From assembly GCA_964016885.1 (NCBI GenBank), contig OZ024740.1, forward strand, positions 148,676,001 through 148,740,000: a stretch of 64,000 nucleotides of DNA, read 5' to 3'. Positions 27,281 through 64,000 of this stretch are shown piece after piece (the first letter of the stretch is position 1; each line of letters opens with the position of its first letter). A program made the translations under genes and the position numbers. A model generated the notes under the pieces. That model had not been told where the DNA came from and did no database searches. It saw only the letters and a program-made list of their open reading frames with translations. Source of the stretch: Eledone cirrhosa (Eukaryota).

Positions 27281-29744
27281 GTATATGTTGGTTGTATACC
27301 AACACCCAGTATGCAGATTATTGATGTTTTTAAGTGTAGCTTCATTAGTTTATTATTGTTAGAGCAGACAAAACATCAAACGTATATACCATGGATGTGG
27401 ACACTTACAATAACTTCATCCGTAAGGAATTGCATAAAAAATACAAGAAAACTAATGAAGCTACACTTAAAAACATCAACAACTCGGCATGTGAAATTGT
27501 TAAAAAACTTTGTATTGACGATAGAACGCAACCCTTAACACCAGCTATATCATCCTTCAACCTGAAGGACCACAAGGTAAACTTTGATACTAACCCTAAG
27601 ATTAGACTTATATGCCCCTCTAAATCTGATATTGGCAAAATTAGCAAATATATACTAGACAGAATTATCCCCCAAGTTAAGGTTAAAGTAGAGATTAAAC
27701 TATGGGGTAACACCCATGAAGCAATAAGATGGTTTAATAACATTACTGATAAGAAAAAATCAAAATTTATTCAGTTTGATGTTGATGAATAGTATTCCTC
27801 AATTTCACCTGATACTCTACATGAAGCTCTTTCGTTCGCTAAGGCTAATTCCGACCTTACGGATGCTGAAATTAAAATTATTATGGAAGCGAGGAAAACT
27901 ATAGTTAAATTCGATGATAGCTACTGGGTTCGCAAAGATAGACCTTCTAATTTTGATATTACTATGGGTTCTAATGATTCGGCGGAAGTAACAGATCTTG
28001 TGGGAATTTATATCACCCACAGACTACAAGGAAAATTCAAGGATCTCCACGGTGGAATCTACCGTGATGATGCGCTCCTATTAGTTAAGCATATGAATAA
28101 CCAGAATTTAGAAAGGATGCGTAAAAATATCAGAAAGCTTTTTAAGGAACTAGGATTAAATATTACATTTGAATATAACCTCAAAGAGGTCAATTTCCTT
28201 GATGTTACTTTGAATCTTAATACAGATACGATTAAACCGTTCCATAAACTAAATGAGAACCTTAAATATGTAAATACGAGTTCTAACCATCCACTCTCTA
28301 TAATTAAATCCATCCCTAGAAATGTTTCTCTTAGAATCTCCCGCCTATCGTCCAACCAACAAACCTTCAAAGAACATGCCGAATATTATGATGATGCACT
28401 TAGGAAAGCCGGACACCTAGATAATATAGAGTATATAGTCGAAGATCACCAAAACACCCAAAATAAATCCCATAGGAGTAGAAATAGCACAGAATCACCA
28501 CCATACACACACTACCGCAATAGACACAATAATAGTCGCACACCACCAAACAGAAGGCGATGTAAAGAGTATATTTGGTACAATCCGGTCTATAACAACT
28601 CTATTAAAACCAATCTACCCTCACAATTCTTTCGATTAGTTAAAAAACACTTTCCAACATCACATAAATATAATAAAATCTTAAACCCTAACACTATTCG
28701 ACTTTCATATTCAACCGCCCCTAATATTGAACAACATATAAAAAAGCTTAACGCAAAACGGTTGTATAAACGCCTTCCAACACATAACAATACACGTAAA
28801 ACATTAGCTATAACATCACAAAACAACAAACAACATCCTGTCCTACCTGAGCAACCTCATCAACCCATCCATGACAATACAACAACGCAAAATTATAATT
28901 GCAACTGTGTCCAACCAGGAATGTGTCCGTTGAACAATCAGTGTCTTGAACGCAACATCGTATACAAATGTACTATCGAATCGGATAGACAGAAGTGGTA
29001 CTATGTGGGATCTACAGCCACTTCCTTCAAATCACGCCTTTATAGACATCGTTACTCGATAAAACATGAAAACCAGCGTTATGTAACAACACTCGCAGAC
29101 AAGGCTTGGCAGCTGCGTGAAAATAACCAACAATTTCACCTAAAATGGGATATAATAGCGGCTGCCCCCCCCCCTATTATTTACCATTTAATATAAACTG
29201 CTATAGATAAAATGAGATTTCTGATTTCTTAATTCAATTCCCTAATGCATATACCAGCTGGCTACTAGCATTGATGTTATTCAGTAGCAATCGAAATCTC
29301 CCCCTTCCCCAATTGACACTTTATAATTAATACTACTACACCAAATGACCAGCCCTGTCCACTGTCCAATTGGTCAAGTAGAGATTAAAATTGGCACTCC
29401 CAAAAATTATTATTTAGATAAAATGAACCATTTACTCATGGTATTCTCATTAGAAACCCTTTATATACTTGTTTAGCAGTAAATTGAAATACCATCTGTC
29501 ATATACTATCCCCTCTCTTCTTCCTCTATTACTAATATAAATACTTCAATTTTTCTGATTTTATCCAATTTATCCAAAATCTCTGAAGAAGTGACAACTG
29601 ATTATACATTTGCTATCGAATACTTGCTAACATTATATGATTACGCAAGCAGCGATACATAGGTATTCCGTCTGTTACAGAAACATATGTCAATACCTAA
29701 TAAATTCCTTTTTAAAAAAAGCACTTTCATTTTATATTCATCTT

Positions 29745-29748
<4 letters not shown>
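27281..29748 (+). mobile_element. Penelope-like element (probably Naiad clade), 5'-truncated; one in-frame TAG at 27790 and a damaged C-terminus
   Basis: ORFs 27391-27792 and 27883-29196: GGIYRDDALL, VNFLDV, WYNP, CNCVQPGMCPLNNQC, IVY..YYVGSTATSFKSRLYRH; short inverted copy at 27313-27357 of 27444-27489; 3' end in (TA)n. Confidence 0.93.
29583..29691 (+). ncRNA. Hammerhead motif with a long stem II, in the PLE 3' end; stem I weak
   Basis: CTGAAGA-a-gtgaca...tgttac-a-GAAAC atat GTC. Confidence 0.6.
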
Positions 29749-29793
<45 letters not shown>

Positions 29794-29837
29794 GATATAA
29801 CTGTATCGTACACATCGGCTGCTTAGCGCACAGACGA

Positions 29838-29977
<140 letters not shown>

Positions 29978-30183
29978 TTGAAAATGGAAATGTAATTTTG
30001 TATATAATTCTAAGTATTGATGCTGTCTCACCAGACAGCAATTACTTACTTCTGTATGAGTGCGGAGCGTGTATATATGTGTGCATGATTATACGTACGC
30101 TATCTCAAGCGTTCGTTTATCACCCACCATGTACCTGCCACTTCGGTTAGTACGTACACACCTCCTTCGACGTGTTATCTTAC

Positions 30184-30279
<96 letters not shown>

Positions 30280-30705
30280 TCTCACTCTCTTAAAATCTAG
30301 TTCTCACCATCCCAGTCTCTCTATATTACTCTTTTTATCTGTCATTCTCCTTCTCGCTCTCCATCTATCCAATTCTGATTAGACCTAGTGAGAAATTAGC
30401 TCTGGTAAGTTTAAACTGTCACCTTGACGTCCCTACGATTCTATCAGGAGTTACAGATCTACGTTTACATAAGTATTGTGTCTTATTGAGAAATTATTCT
30501 TGTAGAATCCGACTTGCTAGTTTATGATTTTGGACAAATTTGCCTTATGTTACATTTATTTTACAGGCCAAAATAAACCAATATTATTATTATTTTCGAT
30601 ACAACATAAACCCGTGCTATCAACTGAGACGAATACAGAGTATAATCAAACCCAAACTGTGTATACTGCACTCAAACACTCATATATACTATAGCCATAA
30701 ATTAA

Positions 30706-31853
<1,148 letters not shown>

Positions 31854-32664
31854 TTCTCTATAATTACTCACAATTTAGAATGTGTCATTACTTTTCAGAA
31901 TAAATTCTGCCTCATAGAGAAAGTTTGTTTGTACAATCATCCGATTAGCACAGTTGAATAAAATTTTACCCGTGTCAATCTTATCCACATTAAAATTAAA
32001 GACTACGAAGCTTAATTCATATTCTATATTGGAGCACTACATGTTATATGCTTTTATCCACTCCCCAACATTTTAAAGTAATTGAATATTTTTTAACAAA
32101 CTGACTCAGTAAATTAATTTGAAAACCAGAGCAAGCTACAACCCCCCCCTCCCCCCCAAAAAAATTGTACATTGAGATGCATATATGGAAAAACAAAAAA
32201 CAATTCATTTACAGAGTAAAGAAAGGTGTGATCGTTTCCAAAACGTCGGTCTTTTTGTGTTTTCCTTGATCCATCTTAAATGCCCACCTACTACATAAGT
32301 CTGCCCCATTCTCAAGAACAACGACTAATAAATCACATTGATGAGTTTGCTTCCGTCTCTCTCTCGTCTTGTATGTATAGTTAAAACCATTCGTTTCTCC
32401 CGAGATCACCAACCCTCAGGAATTTAGAACATGCACATGTCTTCATGCAGCAGTAGACTTGTAACTGTTCAAATAGAACCATAACCTTATCCTTATGATT
32501 TAGAAAGATTGATAAAATCTACATAAAAGAATTATATTATCGCTATCTTTTTGTTTATAATATTTTTTATAATGATATATGTTAATATGTTATTTCAGAT
32601 TCTCATGATTACGTTCATATAAATGACAGCCTCTGATGAATAGTTTTATCATTATAACAGAATT

Positions 32665-63032
<30,368 letters not shown>

Positions 63033-64000
63033 GTAAACATAGATTTATTTGTAGTTTTCTCATTAAGTACCTACTTAGAAAAAATATAATCTTTCAATTT
63101 ATTGATAATGATTTTTGTAGATAATTTTCAATTTCTACTCTTCTCCCTCAAAAGCACATCAGTTGATATGTTGTGCAGATAAAAACACAGTTGATATGGG
63201 CATTCAACCGGAAAGGTTTATCGTTGAACTCATCTCGAAAGTTTAGGTATAAATCTTATCATTTAATTGTAAATTAGTAGCCTTCTTGCAAGAAAAGGAA
63301 CAAATGAAAATAAGTAAGCCCTTGGTAAACAGTGTCTGCAACTGTTTTCAATTACAGTTGGAACCATTTCAGTTCATTAACATCGCATACATTTAATGTG
63401 ACAGGAAATATAAGGAATCAACATTTCCTTAAAGCATATTCTTCTACATCAAAACCAAGAGATACAAATGATTCATGTGACATTAATTTCGATATCATAT
63501 TAATGAAATCTAAATGTATGCAATTTCTATTCATTAATTTGGTCACGTCGTGTAATTTATTTATAATTAGCCATGATACGATCTACACTATATCAATGTG
63601 GAACGCTCTCTGGTGTGTAAAACTGAAAGTGAAAGCCGCCTCATTGTTGTTCCAGCGGACAGAATAGAGGAAGTGTTACCCCATTGGATAGCGTGGAAGG
63701 GAGTACTGTTGCGTGTCACCAGCTCCACCATAACAGCAATGAGTAGGGGCTGGTTTGTAGTTTAAGAACTTCAGAAATCTCCATCAACGGTAAACCTATC
63801 GGGAAGCATCAGGTACCTCAACAGCTTGTGACCTTCAGCTTGATTATCAATTAATCTAGAAGGATTCAAAAACGCTAATAATTTTTTAATATCCACCAAA
63901 CGACATTAAAATCACAATATATTTTAAAAGAAAAAAGGAAAAAAATTGTTATAAGTTAAATCTGTTTAACTTATAACATATTTGCTTTATCTAGTAAGTA

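Noticed and set aside
63947-63980. Hairpin tgttataagttaaa-tctg-tttaacttataaca as a terminator or element end
   Set aside because: AT-rich, at the window edge, with no supporting context.

Overview
Eukaryotic, AT-rich, microsatellite-dense animal DNA. The SINE and microsatellite style suggests a coleoid cephalopod such as octopus, which is an inference. One host gene is present: a + strand SLCO/OATP organic anion transporter with 10 coding exons at 32665-63032, all GT-AG and phase-compatible, continuing beyond the window. The rest is transposon-derived: a Buster-type hAT element with TIRs and an 8-bp TSD, Tx1/L1, R4/Dong, CRE and RTE LINE fragments, a non-autonomous Helitron, tRNA-derived SINEs, 40-bp and 31-bp tandem arrays, and several Penelope-like elements (PLEs; RT + GIY-YIG). 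The most striking unexplained structure is a dense set of type-I hammerhead ribozyme motifs (about 9 intact-looking, about 8 degenerate or partial, from several unrelated sequence families). Most sit in PLE ends or in short non-coding foldback units anchored in (TA)n tracts. A six-copy ~200-nt hairpin-plus-tail family also sits only in (TA)n. Together these look like a (TA)n-targeted, ribozyme-carrying PLE / non-autonomous foldback retroelement system.
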